DNA of 64,000 nucleotides from Geosiphon pyriformis uo1 (GCA_016748015.1 JAAOMT010000697.1:318868-382867), one strand, 5' to 3'. Shown: positions 23,887-37,429, counted from the first letter of the stretch. The notes: a model not told the origin generated them from the letters alone. Made by a program: numbers and translations.

Positions 23887-24753
23887 TGTTACAGGTAAAT
23901 ATTTCTGCTGTTGAATTCAATAACAAACCTGTAACTTGGTGCTCAAAAGCTACTTCTGTTGAGACTGTTCTAAAGGTGCTGTATCTGAAGATTTTGATGG
24001 ATCTGAAGGTCTTGGTTGAGTCTTTTGTATAATGGACAGAAATTTAATAGTGTCGATAGTAGAGATATTTTCTAAAAGTTTTTCCAATTTTTTTCTTAGC
24101 GTGGTGGCTGGATTTAGTCTGGCAGTTGTGCCCTTCTGGTAAGCTATCCGATAATATATAAAAATCCTACCTGTATTTCTGGGTCTTTTACCAGGTTATC
24201 TTTGATGTCAATAACTCAGCGCTTAATTGTTTATTAATTAGTATATAACAACAATTCAAAATAAAATAAATAAAAAGAAATAAAAGAAAATAATAGAAGC
24301 AAAAAAATAAGCCAAGGCAATTTACAGATTAGTATTCTGTCAATAGCCATGATCAAGAGCTATTGTTCTAGCGTGATCAAGTATCAATTACTATCAACAT
24401 GAAGAATTGATAATGGGGAAGTGGATGAAGATATAAAATAATTATTTATTTGATGATTGCATTTTTAGGCTAAGGATTTTGTGGTATCAATTCTGTCTTT
24501 TCTGTTTCTAACACTACTGCTATATATACATAATTGGAATTCCTCAATTCCTCGATTCTTCATGACAGGAATCCTGCAATTTCTTTGAGAGGAATCTTGG
24601 AATTCTGGAATCCTGCAATTCCTCATTGAGAATCCTGAAATTTCTGGAATCCTGCAATTCCTGAGAGAAATCCTGGAATTTCACATTTACTACACTTATT
24701 TCTGATTGGCTAATAATTATGCTAATATATTTCCTATATTTCTATGAGTAACA
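23887..24753 (-). repeat. 5' LTR of B
   Basis: Direct repeat with a U3 GGAAT/ATTCC array followed by a TATATATA box. Confidence 0.96.
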
Positions 24754-27700
24754 GCATGCTTGAACATCCATTTTGTAAAATGGTGCTTAATCACTTGGTT
24801 GTTAATGATGAACTGAATTTGGAACCTGATTTGGTTAGGTCTAAGATGGATGTAATCATGGAAGATTGGACCAGGAAATGTCAGGTAATTGATAGTGTTT
24901 CAGATGATTAGTGCCACCAATATCATTCATTGGAATATGTTTTTGATGAAGTCTTTTCTAGTGTGATGAATTCAGTCAATTTCGATGAATTGTTTAGAGT
25001 AGTTTCTGATCTTCTTGATGGCAAAACTGTCAGTTTGTCAGGAATATCTAATGAACTTTGGAAACATTGTGATAAGCTGGTTCTGGACATGTTATTGGTG
25101 CTTTTAAATTTTTGTTTGACTGGTGAATCTGTACCCAGTCCTTGGAAAGAGGCCTGGGTCTCAATAATTCCCAAACCTTATGAGTGGGAGAGCATTTTAA
25201 CAAATACACATCCCATTGCATTACTTGAAATGGCTTACAAGATTCTTTCCAAGATTTTCTCTGATAGGATTTCTGCTGCCTACAGTGCTTTTAATGTTCT
25301 TTGTGGGGACAATTTTTTGGTTTTGAAGGGTATGACTACTTAGTCTCCCATTTTTGCTATTGGTTCAGTAGTTGAAGATGCCTTGGAGAAGGACTGGGAA
25401 TTCTGGCTGGTTTTGCAGAACATGCGAAAAGCTTATGATTTAGTCAGCTGGGAGCATCTCAAGAAAAGTTTGATTAGGATTAAGATGTATAGCAAATTCA
25501 TTTGATTTTTTGGTAGTATTCACAAGGATTATACCAACCAAGTTATGACAGATTTTGGTTTGACTAATGGTTATTGTGTTTATGTTGGTTTGGATCAGAA
25601 GAAAGTTTTCTCTCCACTTTTGTGGCACATATTTTATGATCCTTTGTTGTGTGAGGTCAAGAGACAGGAAAGTGTATGTGGATACAAGTTAAACTCTTAT
25701 TTTGTCTCCAAAAGTGGTCACCCTAAATCTCAGACTGGACTCTCTTTTTTTTTTACTGCTGGTGCTTTTGTTGATGACACAATTTGGGTTGGTAGCAGTT
25801 AGACTGCTACTCAACATATTCTTAATGTTGCCAGTGAATTTTTTCAGATTAATAATATTTCAATTAATAATGACAAAACAGTGGCCATTCTGATCAATAA
25901 CCAGGTCAGTAGTTCTTTTCTTTTTATCAGTGGTTTGCCCATCTCTATTGCCAAAAAGGAGAAGTTTCATCAGTATCTAGGTATTTTTCTTTCAACTGAG
26001 GGTCTTTTGAGACCTAGTTTAGCTAAAGCACATTCGAATGTTCGATTTTTTGTCAATTTGGTTTTAAAAAAGGCTGTCTCTGATAAACAATTCTTATACT
26101 TGGTGTTAGCAGTTCTCCAACCCATAGTCAGTTATTGAACACAATTTAGTTTTGTTCTGGTCAGCATCTGTAGCAAATAGGATGCTCAGATTCGTAAGAA
26201 ATTGAAACTTAAGTCTGGTCTCTCCCTCAATTTTCCTAGTGATACACTCCATCATCCCTCTTTTTATGGTTTGAAATCTTTTTTGCAAGTTCAGTCTGAA
26301 TGCAAGGTTGCCTCTCTTGTCAGTTTTGTGAACTCTGGTGGGATTTTGGGTCACCTGTTTGCACATAGGTCTCATGATTTGCAAGTCCAGTGTTGATGTC
26401 TTGTTCATCCATTGAGTTCTTCTGTTTGTGTTCATGTCAGTGCTTCTAATAACTTTTTGGTGGGCATGGTCTGTATTCTTTTCGATTGCAATTTATTCTT
26501 GGGTGGCTCTTTGGCCAACTTTTTTTGGTCCTGCAGTAGCATTCCCATGTCTTCTGTTCTAGGCGAGTTAATGTTTTTCAGGTCTCTCTTTTCTTTCCGG
26601 AGGTTCAGTGTTGCTTTTGTGAACCAACTTCATAATCATTATGGTGCCGTATTTGATTGGTACACCTTTAAGTAGTGAAAAAGGCTCAACCCCTGTGGCC
26701 CCATCTCTGAGTGGTTCAAGCTCGCTACGGGTTTTCTCAATAGTGTGAATTCTCCTCCTGCTGGTCCTCTGGCTTCAGATGATGCTGTTTCTCTGAACAT
26801 TCTTGATTCTGATGATTTTGTTTCTATTCATGACTGTCTTTCTTGTGTTGGGTCGAGTGACATATCTGTATACACAGATGGATCTCTGAAGAATTTGGGC
26901 ACAACAGACTATAGGGCTGGTGCTGCCACTTTTTTTGAGAACATTGGTTTGGGTCTTGGTGTTAGTGTTTCAGGTTTGATGTCATCTACTCTGGCAGAAT
27001 TGCAGGCTATTATACTAGCCTTGGAGTGTGTTTCTGCATCTAGTTCTGTTCAGTTGTTCTCAGATAGTCAATCTGTTCTGGATGCGTGCAAGTTTGAATT
27101 GAGTCTTGTGTGTCCAGATTTTTGCAATCAGTGCTGGGTAGAGTGCCGACATATTGCAAATGTTGTTAGATGTAAGAACTTAAGTGTCAGTTGGCACAAA
27201 ATAAAAAGTCACTTTGGCATTTCTGGAAATGAGCATGCTGACTTAATTGCTAGTGCTGCTTCTTTTTCTGGTCGGCATCTTATTCTTTACTTGGATAAAC
27301 ATTTTATAGTTGCTGATAATAGTGTAGTTTTTGGGAATTCCAGACATTTTGTTCATGATATTTATTACTCCATTTGTCATGCATGTTGGGAAGTTGGTTC
27401 TGGCTCTAAGTTCTTGGCTAATAGCTTGCTTTCTAAGATAGATTGGCTTTGCTTTTTGCTGGTTTGGCATCCTGATTTGCATATGACCACCAGTTTTACT
27501 AGCAAACCTTCGGCTGGCATCCATACTTATTTCATGAAGGCTTTGCATTATTGGCTTCCTGTTGCAGTTCAGAAGTGTTTCTACAACAGACATTATCTTA
27601 GTGTGCTTTGTTTATATTGTGGTGAGGTGGAGACTTCAAATCACATGTTCTTTTGTAAAATCAATAATTCTACTCAACCCATATATTGGACTCTCATGTC

Positions 27701-28141
27701 AATTCTTGAGAAACTTTTTCTGGTTTATCTTATTCTTTTTCTTGTATATTGTAGCTGTTATTATCTTGTGTTTCTGATTTCTCGATTTCTATGGCCCTTT
27801 ATAAGGGTTTTGTGTTTAATGGTTGGTTTTATGAAGCTGTTTCTATCTTTTATAATTCAAAGGTTGCTGGTTTGGAGGTTGTTAAGTTTGTGAGATCTCT
27901 TGGTCTCGCTTTTAGAGATAATATCTGGTTGGTCCATGTTAAACATCGAGCCTATATGGAGAAAGCCAACCTAATTCCACTGGATAGTTTGGCTTTTGCG
28001 ACAGTTTTGGGTTTGGCTTCAGGGTTTTCTGCTGGTGTGATCAAATTGCTTGGCATCACTGAGGCATTGGGTGTTCATTTTGGTTTTTACAAATCATGTT
28101 TATTTTTCTTGGGTATAAATAACTCTGTTCTGTTCGTATAA
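24754..28141 (+). pseudogene. LINE #1 ORF2, 3' part (RT, RNase H, CCHC)
   Basis: RKAYD, GLDQ..FSPLLW, FVDD, YTDGS, AELQAI, SDSQ, GNEHAD and CLYCGE..H..C motifs. Confidence 0.92.
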
Positions 28142-28279
28142 CTGTATAGTGATGTTTTGATCAGCCCGAATGGCTGGTCATGTGTAGTAAATGCATGATT
28201 CATGCTTAGTATAAATCATTTCTTTGATGTATAACACTAAATAGTATTTGGATCTCACTCGTAAAATAATAATAATAAA

Positions 28280-28810
28280 ATTAGCATTATAAACATTATT
28301 TAAATTATATTTATTAATAATTTTGTGTAATTACTCTTATTTTTTTGGTAAAATTTCCAAAAAAATACTGTTTGTTTTGCTATGCATCTTAATATAATGC
28401 AAATTATTCTGTTTTTTAAACTTTTTTAATTAATTATTTGATATTTTAAAATTATTTTTTTTTAAAAACTTTTAAATAAATTTGAGTGCTTTTGTTTATA
28501 AAATTTTTCTAGTAAGAATATATTTAGTAACTAATACTCTAAATATCTATTTTTTCAATATATTATTTACTTTTAAAAACATTTTTTTTCTATTTTTTGT
28601 TAATTAATCAGAAATATTAAATACATTTTTTTCAATTTATTAGTTTAATTTTACAAGTATCTTTGTCATAGTAAAGAAATCAATTTTTAAATTAAATATT
28701 TTGATTAATCTGTTTGTTAAATAATAAAAATGTTTTAATTTGTATTAATAAAAAATCTTTTTAGTTTTTAAAAAAACTGTTACTTACTTTTGGTTTGTAT
28801 TTTTTGACAT
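28280..28810 (-). pseudogene. pogo/Tigger transposase relic, 5' part (CENP-B/Tc5 HTH)
   Basis: Decayed FKxSxGWLxKFKxR...MHGE...VYNA sequence that joins the 11358 piece across LINE #1. Confidence 0.7.
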
Positions 28811-29196
28811 AATTATAAGAATAAAATAATAGTTTTTGGCTTATACACTTTTTATTGTATTTTGTTTTTATAATGTATTAATGTATTTATTGTATTTTAA
28901 ATATTATTTTGTCTTAAATATTATCTAAAACATCTTATATTTAATTGAATATATAAGATATTTCAGATTATAAAAAGCATTTTATATTATAAAAATAGAG
29001 GTTTTAATTTAATATACTTTATATTTTATAATTAGAATTGTGTTATATTCTTTTTATTATTATTATTTTTTTTTATTCACTTAATGAGTGAGGTCCAAAC
29101 ACTCCCTAGTGCTATATATCAAAGAAATAATCTAAATTAGATGTGAATTATGTATTTTCTACACGTAACCAGCTACTCAGGCTAATCAGAACAACA

Positions 29197-32100
29197 TTAT
29201 GCAACTATGTGAACTGAAATCTGATTACTTACACTTAAAAAAAACAAACAAGATTTGCAAAAGCCAAACTGAATACCAAAAGCTTCAGTAACACCAAGTA
29301 ATTTAACAATTCCAGCAGAAAACCTTGAAACCAAATCATAAACTGGGACGAGATCCAAACCATCAAGTGGAATTAACCCATTTTTTTCCATATAAGCTTG
29401 ATGTCTAGCATGAACTAACCAAATATCTTCTCTGAAAGCTAGATCAAAAGAGTGTACAAATTTGACAATCTCCAAACCAGTAACCTTGAAATCATGAAAG
29501 ATGGAGACAGTCTTGTGAAACCATCCACTAAAAACAAAACTCTTATAAAAAACTACAAACACCAAAGAATCAGATATACAGAATGACAGCAGCTGCAATA
29601 TATCTAAAGAAGAATAAGAAAAACCAGAAATCACCTTCCAGGAATCCACACAAGATTCAAACAATCAATAATGAACAGATTCATCAATCCTATAAGAAAA
29701 CACATAATCTGACATCTCAACATTACCACAATATAAGCACAACACACTAAGATAATGTTTATTATATAGACATTTTTATATGACAACAGGCAGTTGATAA
29801 TGCAAAGCTTTTATAAAATAAGTATGAACATTAACTGAGGGTCTACTGATAAAGCTGAAAACCATGTGCAAGTCAGAATGTCACACCGAAGATGAACAAA
29901 GCCAATCAACTTCAGAAATCAAATCACTAGCCAAAAACTTAGAGCCAGAACCTACTTCTCAATAAGCACAACAAACTAAACAATAAATATCATGGACAAA
30001 ATGTTTGGTATTACCAGAAACAATACTACTATTAGCCATTATAAAATGTTCACTTAAGTGAGAAGGAAGATATCAACCAGCAAAAGAAGTGGCACCAGCA
30101 ATTGCATCAGTGTGCTCATTTCCTGAAATGCCAGAATAATTTTTTACCTTATGCCAACTAACTCTCAAATTTTTATTGTGAATAATATTGACAATATGGT
30201 GATATTTGATCCAATACTAATTACAAAAGTCGGAACACACCAGATCCAATTCTGACCTACAAGCATCCAAAGTAGATTGACTATCCAAAAATAAATGAAC
30301 AGAACTTGACATGAGAACACACTCCAGAGCCAGTGCAATAGCTTGCAACTCCACCAAAGTAGATGACATTAAGTCTAACACACCAATGTCCAAACCCAAA
30401 TTAATATTCTCAAAAAAGACAGCAGTACCAGCTCTACAGCTGGCTGTGCCCAGATTACAAAGAGACCCATCTGTATACATTGACAAATTGCTGGTTCCAG
30501 CCTTTAAAAGATGAATACAAACAGACTTAAAATCACTAGATTTAAGAATATTTAAGAAACCAACATCACCCAAAACTAAAGAACATGTGGAAGAAAAATC
30601 CAAATCACTGAGAAACACAACAAATAGCTTAAACCACTCAGGAACAGGACTGCAGAGGTCCAATCTCTTCCAACACTTGAAGGTGTACCAATCAAAAATA
30701 GCACCATGATGATCACAAAGTTGATCCACAAAGGCAATACCATGTCTCCAAAGAAAGAGGAGAAACCTAAAAAATCTCAACTCACCCAGAACAACAGACA
30801 TTAGAACCCTACTGCAAAACTGAAAGAAATTGGCCAAAGAGCCTTCCAGAGACAAATTGCAATCAAGAAAAACTTTAACCATGCCCACCAAAAAGTTATC
30901 TGAAGCATTGACACAAATACGAACAGGAGAGCTCAATAGATGAACAGAGTGCCAACACAAAACTTGCAAATCATGGAACCTGTAAGAAAACAAATGACCC
31001 AAGACATCACCAAAGTTTGTAAAACTAACAAAGAAAGCAATCTTACTCTCAGACTAAACTTGAATGAAGAATTTCAAACCATAAAAAGACAGATAATGAA
31101 TTATATTACTAGGAAAATTGTGTGGTAAACCAGACTTAAGCTTTAAGCTCTTACAAATTAAAGCATCTCACTTGTTGTACATGCCTACAGGAATAAAGCT
31201 GAACTGTGTTCTATAACTGATTATAGGATGGAAAACTGCTAACACCAAATACAAAAGCTGCTTATCTGAAACAGCCTTTCTTAGAACCAAATTGGTGAAA
31301 AAATAAACATCTGAATTTGCCTTAACCAGGCTTCAAAAGACTTTTTATTAAAAGAAAAATACCCAAATACTAATGAGATTCACCCTTTTTGACAATAGAG
31401 ATAGACAAGCCACTGATGGAAAGAGAAGAATTGCTAATCCTGCTATTGATGGGAATAGCCACTGTCTTGTCATTATTAATAGAAATGTTATTTATCTAAA
31501 AAAATTCACCAGCAACATTGAGAATATGTTGAGTAGCAGTCAGACTACTACCAACTCAAATTGTATTGTTGATAAAAGCTCCAGTAGTAAAAAAAGAAAA
31601 AAGTCCAATCTGAGATTCAGTGTGGTCACACTTGGAAATAAAATGAGAATTCAACCTATACTCATACACACTCTCCTGACACTTGACTTTACACAGTAAA
31701 AGATCATAAAATATGTGCCACAGAAGGAAAAAAAATATCTCTCCCTAATCCAAACCATTGTGCACATGATAACTACCTATCAAACCAAAATTTGTTATTA
31801 TCTAGTTGGTATAATCTCTATGAATACTACCAAAAAACTGGATGAACTTGTCACATATCTTAATTCTGACCAAGCTTTTCTCAAAATGTTCTTAGCTGAT
31901 TGAATCGTATGCTTTTCACATGTTCTACAAAACCAGCCAGAGCTCTCAATTCTTTTTTAATGCATCTTTAACCATTAATTCAACCGTAAAAATAGAAGAC
32001 TGGGTTGTTATACCCTTTAAAACCAAAAAATTGTCTCCATGAAAGACATTGAAAGCACTGTATGCCAAAGAAATTTTATCGGAGAGGATTTTAGAAAAAA

Positions 32101-33878
32101 TTTTATGAGCTGTCTCAATCAAAGCAATAGAACAAGTATTCGTAAAAACACCTTCCTACTCATATAGTTTAGGAATTATTGAGACCCAAGCCTCTTTTCA
32201 AGACCTGCGCACAGATTCACAAGATAGACAAAAGTTTAAAAGCACTAAAAGCATATCCAAAATTAACTTGTTACAATGTTTCTAAAGCTCATTTGTGATG
32301 CCCAAAAGACCAGCAGCTTTGCCATCAAACAGATTGAAAATCACATCAGACAGCTTATTAAACTCAACTGAACATATTATATCAGAAAAAACTTCATTAA
32401 AAACATAATCTAAAAGCTGGTATTAGTAAAACCATTCATCAAGAACATCAGCAATTACACCATGCTTTCTGGTCCAACCTTCTATAATAATATCCATCTT
32501 AGATTTAACTAAATCGGGCTCCAAAATCAGCTTATTATTAACAATCAGGTGGTCCAGAACCACCTTGTGGAAAGGATGCTCTAGAACACTCCTAATAATG
32601 TGACCCTTATTTATCTCAAAGTTTCCCATCCTTTTTTTTATAGCAGTCCTAATATGTGCTTCCTTAGCTGCCAAAAATTCAGCAAGCTTGAATGCACAAT
32701 ATAACTTCCTTATACCAGAAAGAGCAAATTGAACATGACTAGAGTTTACACTAGAGTCAACAAGATTCTGAATAATTGAGGCCTTGGCACTGTTCAAAGA
32801 GCCCTAGCACTTCATAAGGAAGATGAAATTGACAACACTTTCCTCATAAAAGGCTTTAACAAGCTTTAAAACCAAAAGTTCCAGCTTATAAAATCTTGAA
32901 GAATCTTTAGTGAAGACACTATTAAAATTTTTAAACCATTTTTTCTTAAATATTTCATTTGCTGAAAGATTCATTATTATGTACAAAACATTTCACATAG
33001 CATCTAAATCCAAGAATTTTACTGTGGCAGTGAACTTATCAAAGAGCATCTCAGCATTTGCCAACATGGCATTTTTAAAATTTTTCCACTTATTGTTATC
33101 AGCACTCTTGAAATCAAATTTTTAACAATCTTTATTGGCTTGCTTATAGAGAGAGTTTAACTAAGTGTTCAGCAGACCACCAAGATTCACAGAAACAGAG
33201 ACAACTACATAATTAGTATTAAAATAATCCACAACACCAGCCACATTGTGATCCACCAACGTATTAATAAAATTTAAAGAAACAAACACATAATCAATTG
33301 TCTGAGTAACACTGCGAAAATTGCTCTATGTTGGCATTTTAGCAAATGAGCTTTCAGCCAAAGAGTTGACCAGACCCAAATTAAAACACTTCCTAAAACT
33401 GACACTTACAAGAATTATCCTTATTGAAGTCACTGCCAAGAATGATGAAAAAAGATTCATTCACAGCCTTTACAATAAGAGAGTTGATGTCACCAGCCTG
33501 AGAAAACCAAACCACTGAAGAAGCACCAGCATACAGCCCCAAAATTGACACAAAAAGCTTATTTTTGAAAAACAACCTAACAGAAAGAATTCAACCAAGC
33601 ACTTCAAAAACTTTGCACACATGATGAGCCAAAAAAGTGTCCATAATGACAGTAACACCTGAATTCAAGTAACCTAAATCTATACCAGAAGTAAAGACAT
33701 GAACACCATCAAACTTATTCATGATCTACAAATAGATCTTATCTTTCAATTTAGTCTCAGTAACAATAAAAATCAAATTGTTCATTTCTTTATGTTAATG
33801 CACTATATCTCTTTGCTTCGCAAGATTGTTCATGTTTTTAACATTACATGTTGCAATTTTCCAAATTAAATCTGTTAT
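29197..33878 (-). pseudogene. LINE #2 ORF2 (APE-RT-RNaseH-CCHC)
   Basis: GSDFN, YTDGS and ELQAIALALEC motifs. Many stops. Confidence 0.9.
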
Positions 33879-35664
33879 TAAGAAAAAAAAACAGCAGGAA
33901 CCAAACCAGTATTGTCTATTTTAGCTAAAAGACCCATCACTGTGATCAACAGATTGTTCAAAGTTTCTTCCATTTTCTTAACAACTGAAAGATCAAAAAT
34001 CACCACCCTCACAATAGTCTCACCACCAGTAACTACACCTGAACTCTCACTCATCACTATATTTGCCCCTTTATTCTGTGATGAAGGGGTGACCAATGAC
34101 TAACATCCAGAGCTAGGCTGGGAAACCATTGGCCCAGGTGCATTCAACCTCTTAGCCAACTTATTAACACGTTCTACAAGACTGACCAGACTATGTTCAA
34201 GAGTGACAAACCTATCATTTAATTTCACAAACACAGACAAAAGAGGTTTCACCTCTGAAAAGAAACCAGAATAAGCCAAACCATTGTGAGCAGAGAGAGG
34301 AGAAAAAAAAAACCACCAGCAACTTTAGCCCAAGAAACATCACCAAAAGCAACAGAACAGACAATAAGAGCCAAATACTTAGCATAAATAGAAGCCAGTC
34401 TGCTTTTATCTACGTCTGAAAGTGCTTTGCAGAAGGCTTTTTCAAAAGAGAAAATTCCATCCACAGAACAGCCCAATAACATATAACCTATTTTCTCATA
34501 CTTAGCACATTTAGAGTAATCCAAATAAGACCAGTGCAAAGTAACGCTCCTTAAAACTGGAGTGGTTTCCATAATAACATCCAAAGACTTAGCTGAATCA
34601 AAACAAACAATGGCACATCTGGTCTGAGCATATATAACAGAATGATGATCAATTGCACAAGTCTTTTCACTCACAGAACCAATAAAATCCTATTTGTTAT
34701 GAGCATTTGTTCCCATTGAAAGAATATAGAGCAGTGTCCTATAATGATATCTCATGTCCTATGTTTTCTTATCTAAATCTGATCTAGTCACACACACTGT
34801 ATCTTTTTCAATCAAGATGGACCATCTAGCTGTGACCAAATCAATTTGATCTGACTGGTCAAACTCAACCATAATCTTTTGTTATAAACTTACCAACTGC
34901 ATTCTAATTGACTTAATAACCCCAAACTTGGATAGTACAGCACACACAGCCTCCAATGAGGTATTAACAGGAATCTTTTTTAATACCACAGCCCAATCTG
35001 AATGCCCAGAAAATTTCTTGAGATCAGTGTTTACCAGGATCTTTGTCTCTTCAGCTTTTTTTGAAGCCTGTACCAAACTCAATTTGGAAGTGAATGTTGC
35101 TCTGATGATCCCAGCAAATTTTGAGGGAGTAGAGACCTTTCCAAAACCATTGACTTTTGAAAACAACTTTCTGGTCACTTGAAGCTTTTCTTGAGAGGAT
35201 TTCTCAACCATCTTGTTTAACTCAATATCCAAAGCAAAAAATTTCTATACAGAAACATTAACCAAACTTTTCACAAGTAAAGGCAGTACTAGTGGGACAC
35301 CCAAAAAAACATTATCATCATTACTGTTTGGTGAGAAATTAATTTTCTCTAATGGTTTACCCAACATCTTTTTGGTTTTGACTTTTGAGCCTGCAGGTGT
35401 TTAATCAAAATCTCCTTTAGCAAGAGCACTGCCTTCACCATAATTGAAACTGGTCTTTTCTATCAGACATTCTTCCTTCATGTCAATACTTTCAGACTCA
35501 GTGATGTCATTAGTCTTCAAACTCTATGAGCAATTATTTTGGACTTTAAGACCAATATTTTTACCATTAGAATCATCTTCTAAAATGCCATGTCTTTTTT
35601 TCTTTCTTGGAAGAACAGATCTGAAACCACTACCAGAACCAGAAACTTTAGTAGTTGTCTTTAT
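33875..35664 (-). pseudogene. LINE #2 ORF1
   Basis: Homologous to ORF1 of LINEs #1 and #3 (SQEKL..RKLFS.VNGFG). Confidence 0.87.
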
Positions 35665-36272
35665 CACAACAATACTACAGCCAACAGTGGCCTTATAGTC
35701 AAAAATAAAGGGTTTAGATTTATTGTACTGAATTGTAAAAACTTCTTTCAAAAAACTTTTAACTCTTTTTTAGGATTTTGGAACAAAGGAAAAAAAAAAG
35801 TTTTTTGTCTTATTTTTAAATTTTTTTTTATTATCTGCAATATATTTGAATTTACATAATTATATTTTTTAATAATAGATTAGTTTTATTATTTTCTATT
35901 GTCAATTTATTTTAAACTATTATTTTCTTAAAATATATTAAAACTTAAAAACTTCTTTCTCTTTTTCATCCAAAATTCCCAAAAAAGAGTCAAAGTTTTT
36001 TAGATAAAAGAAGTTTTATTCACAATTCAGTATGATAAATCCAAACCCTTCATTCTTAACTACAAAGCCACTGTTGGCTGTAGTATTGCTGTTATGAAGA
36101 AGACTGCTAAAGTTTCTGGTTTTAATAATGACTTCAAACCTGTTCTTTCAAGGAAGAAAAGGAGAGGTGGTGCTTTAGAAGATAGTTTTGGTAGTAAGAT
36201 TGTTAATTCTAAGGTTCAGAATAGTTGTTCATGGGGTTCAGAGACCGGTGACACAACTGAGTCTGATAGCAT

Positions 36273-37367
36273 TGTTACTCGAGTAGAAAAACCGATCCAA
36301 AGTTATGAAGAAACATGACCAAAATGTAACATAACACAGAATAACGTGCAATAACGTTGGATAACATGTTATAATATTAGATAACGTGTTATAATGCAGG
36401 ATAACACAGAATAGCACACAATAACATAGGATAACGTGTTATAATGCAGGATAACACAGAATAACATGTAATAACGTCAAATAATGTGTTATAACATAGG
36501 ATAACTAGCGATAACGTAGAAAAACAAAGCAATAACAGAAACAACAAAGCAATAGCTAGTGATAGCAAGACAATTAAAAGCAATCTTGTAAAACCAAAAG
36601 AATGTATAAAAGCAAGTAGTTGTAGAAGTGAGAAAGGACAGAAAAGAAAAAATAGATATGAATCTCTAGACCAGAAATTAAAATATCCATACTCTTTCAT
36701 TCTTTATTATCTTCCCTATTTTATCTCCTGAAATAAATCAATTATTAAAAGAAATCAGAATCATGAATTTATGTTCTTGAACTTTGTGAAATTTACATGA
36801 ATTAACCCTTGTCTTGTACCTTCATTCTAGAACAGATGCTCTTAGCATAATTGCCTCGAACCTATTAACAATTTGGACCAATTGCTCTTGATCACGGCAA
36901 TTGATGATACTAATTTATCTTTTTTTTTCTTTTCTTTTCTTTTCTTTTTCTTTTTCTTTCTTTTTCTGTCTTAATTTTTTTGTGAAGTGGCAACATAGTA
37001 AAATTGACTATCTGGGAATAGACTTTGTGATAGTCTGGTAAAAGAAGAAAGCTCCCCCTAAGTTTTGGATATTAACATTATCTTGTTAGCTTACCAGAAG
37101 AGCAAAAAGACAACACTAGACCCTAACGACTGCACTCGTTAGCTCGAAGAAAAAAGCTCACATTTACAAAAAACATTGTAATCAATGAAAGACAAACTCT
37201 GTGCCTTATAACCAAAGAACTCAATGGGTAAAATTCACATTCAGGAATAGACCTTCAGAGACTGATAATCAAGACTAAGCCAACAGAATTACACGGAAGA
37301 TGCATCATCAATAATTGAGAGCACCAAACGTTACCATTTCTCATACCCACCAAGTTTACCTGTAACA
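36273..37367 (+). repeat. 5' LTR of C
   Basis: Direct repeat of 40109-41203. Confidence 0.96.
36331..36520 (+). repeat. 10-bp-period ATAAC-NNNNN array in U3 of C
   Basis: 19 in-phase units, repeated in the 3' LTR at about 40167-40356. Confidence 0.95.
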
Positions 37368-37369
37368 TT

Positions 37370-37386
37370 TGGTGTTCTCTGTGAGG
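37370..37386 (+). promoter_or_regulatory. PBS of C
   Basis: TGGTGTTCTCTGTGAGG. Confidence 0.87.
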
Positions 37387-37429
37387 TTATAAATCCACAA
37401 AGACAGAGCACCCCCAAAAATACATAAAA

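Larger units (their letters stand above)
14613..24753 (-). mobile_element. Ty3/Gypsy LTR retrotransposon B with dUTPase and ORF3
   Basis: 867-bp LTRs, GCAT TSD, PBS, and gag-PR-Cys-rich-dUTPase-RT-RH-IN-ORF3 order. Confidence 0.96.
11359..28279 (+). mobile_element. Full-length LINE #1 (ORF1; ORF2 APE-RT-RNaseH-CCHC), interrupted by LTR element B
   Basis: Conserved 5' UTR from about 11377, (TAA)n/A tail at about 28262-28279, and ATTAGCAT TSD at 11351-11358 and 28280-28287. Confidence 0.92.
29051..35806 (-). mobile_element. Full-length uninterrupted LINE #2
   Basis: Same 5' UTR, ORF1, ORF2, 3' UTR and A/(TAA) tail as LINEs #1 and #3, on the minus strand. Confidence 0.93.

Noticed and set aside
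24636-24650. Perfect heat-shock element in the B LTR
   Set aside because: Absent from the sister LTR, so it probably arose by transitions in the GGAATTCC repeat.
36331-36520. CRISPR-like array
   Set aside because: Repeats and spacers are only 5 nt, the array is inside a eukaryotic LTR, and there are no cas genes.
36389-36700. Hydrophobic antisense ORFs in both C LTRs (also 40225-40536) and 9870-10070
   Set aside because: They are by-products of A-rich repeats read on the opposite strand and have no independent coding evidence.
37028-37102. Hairpin ribozyme (CTGGTA / ACCAG-AA resemblance)
   Set aside because: Loop A is one base short, helix 2 does not pair, and no loop B is present.
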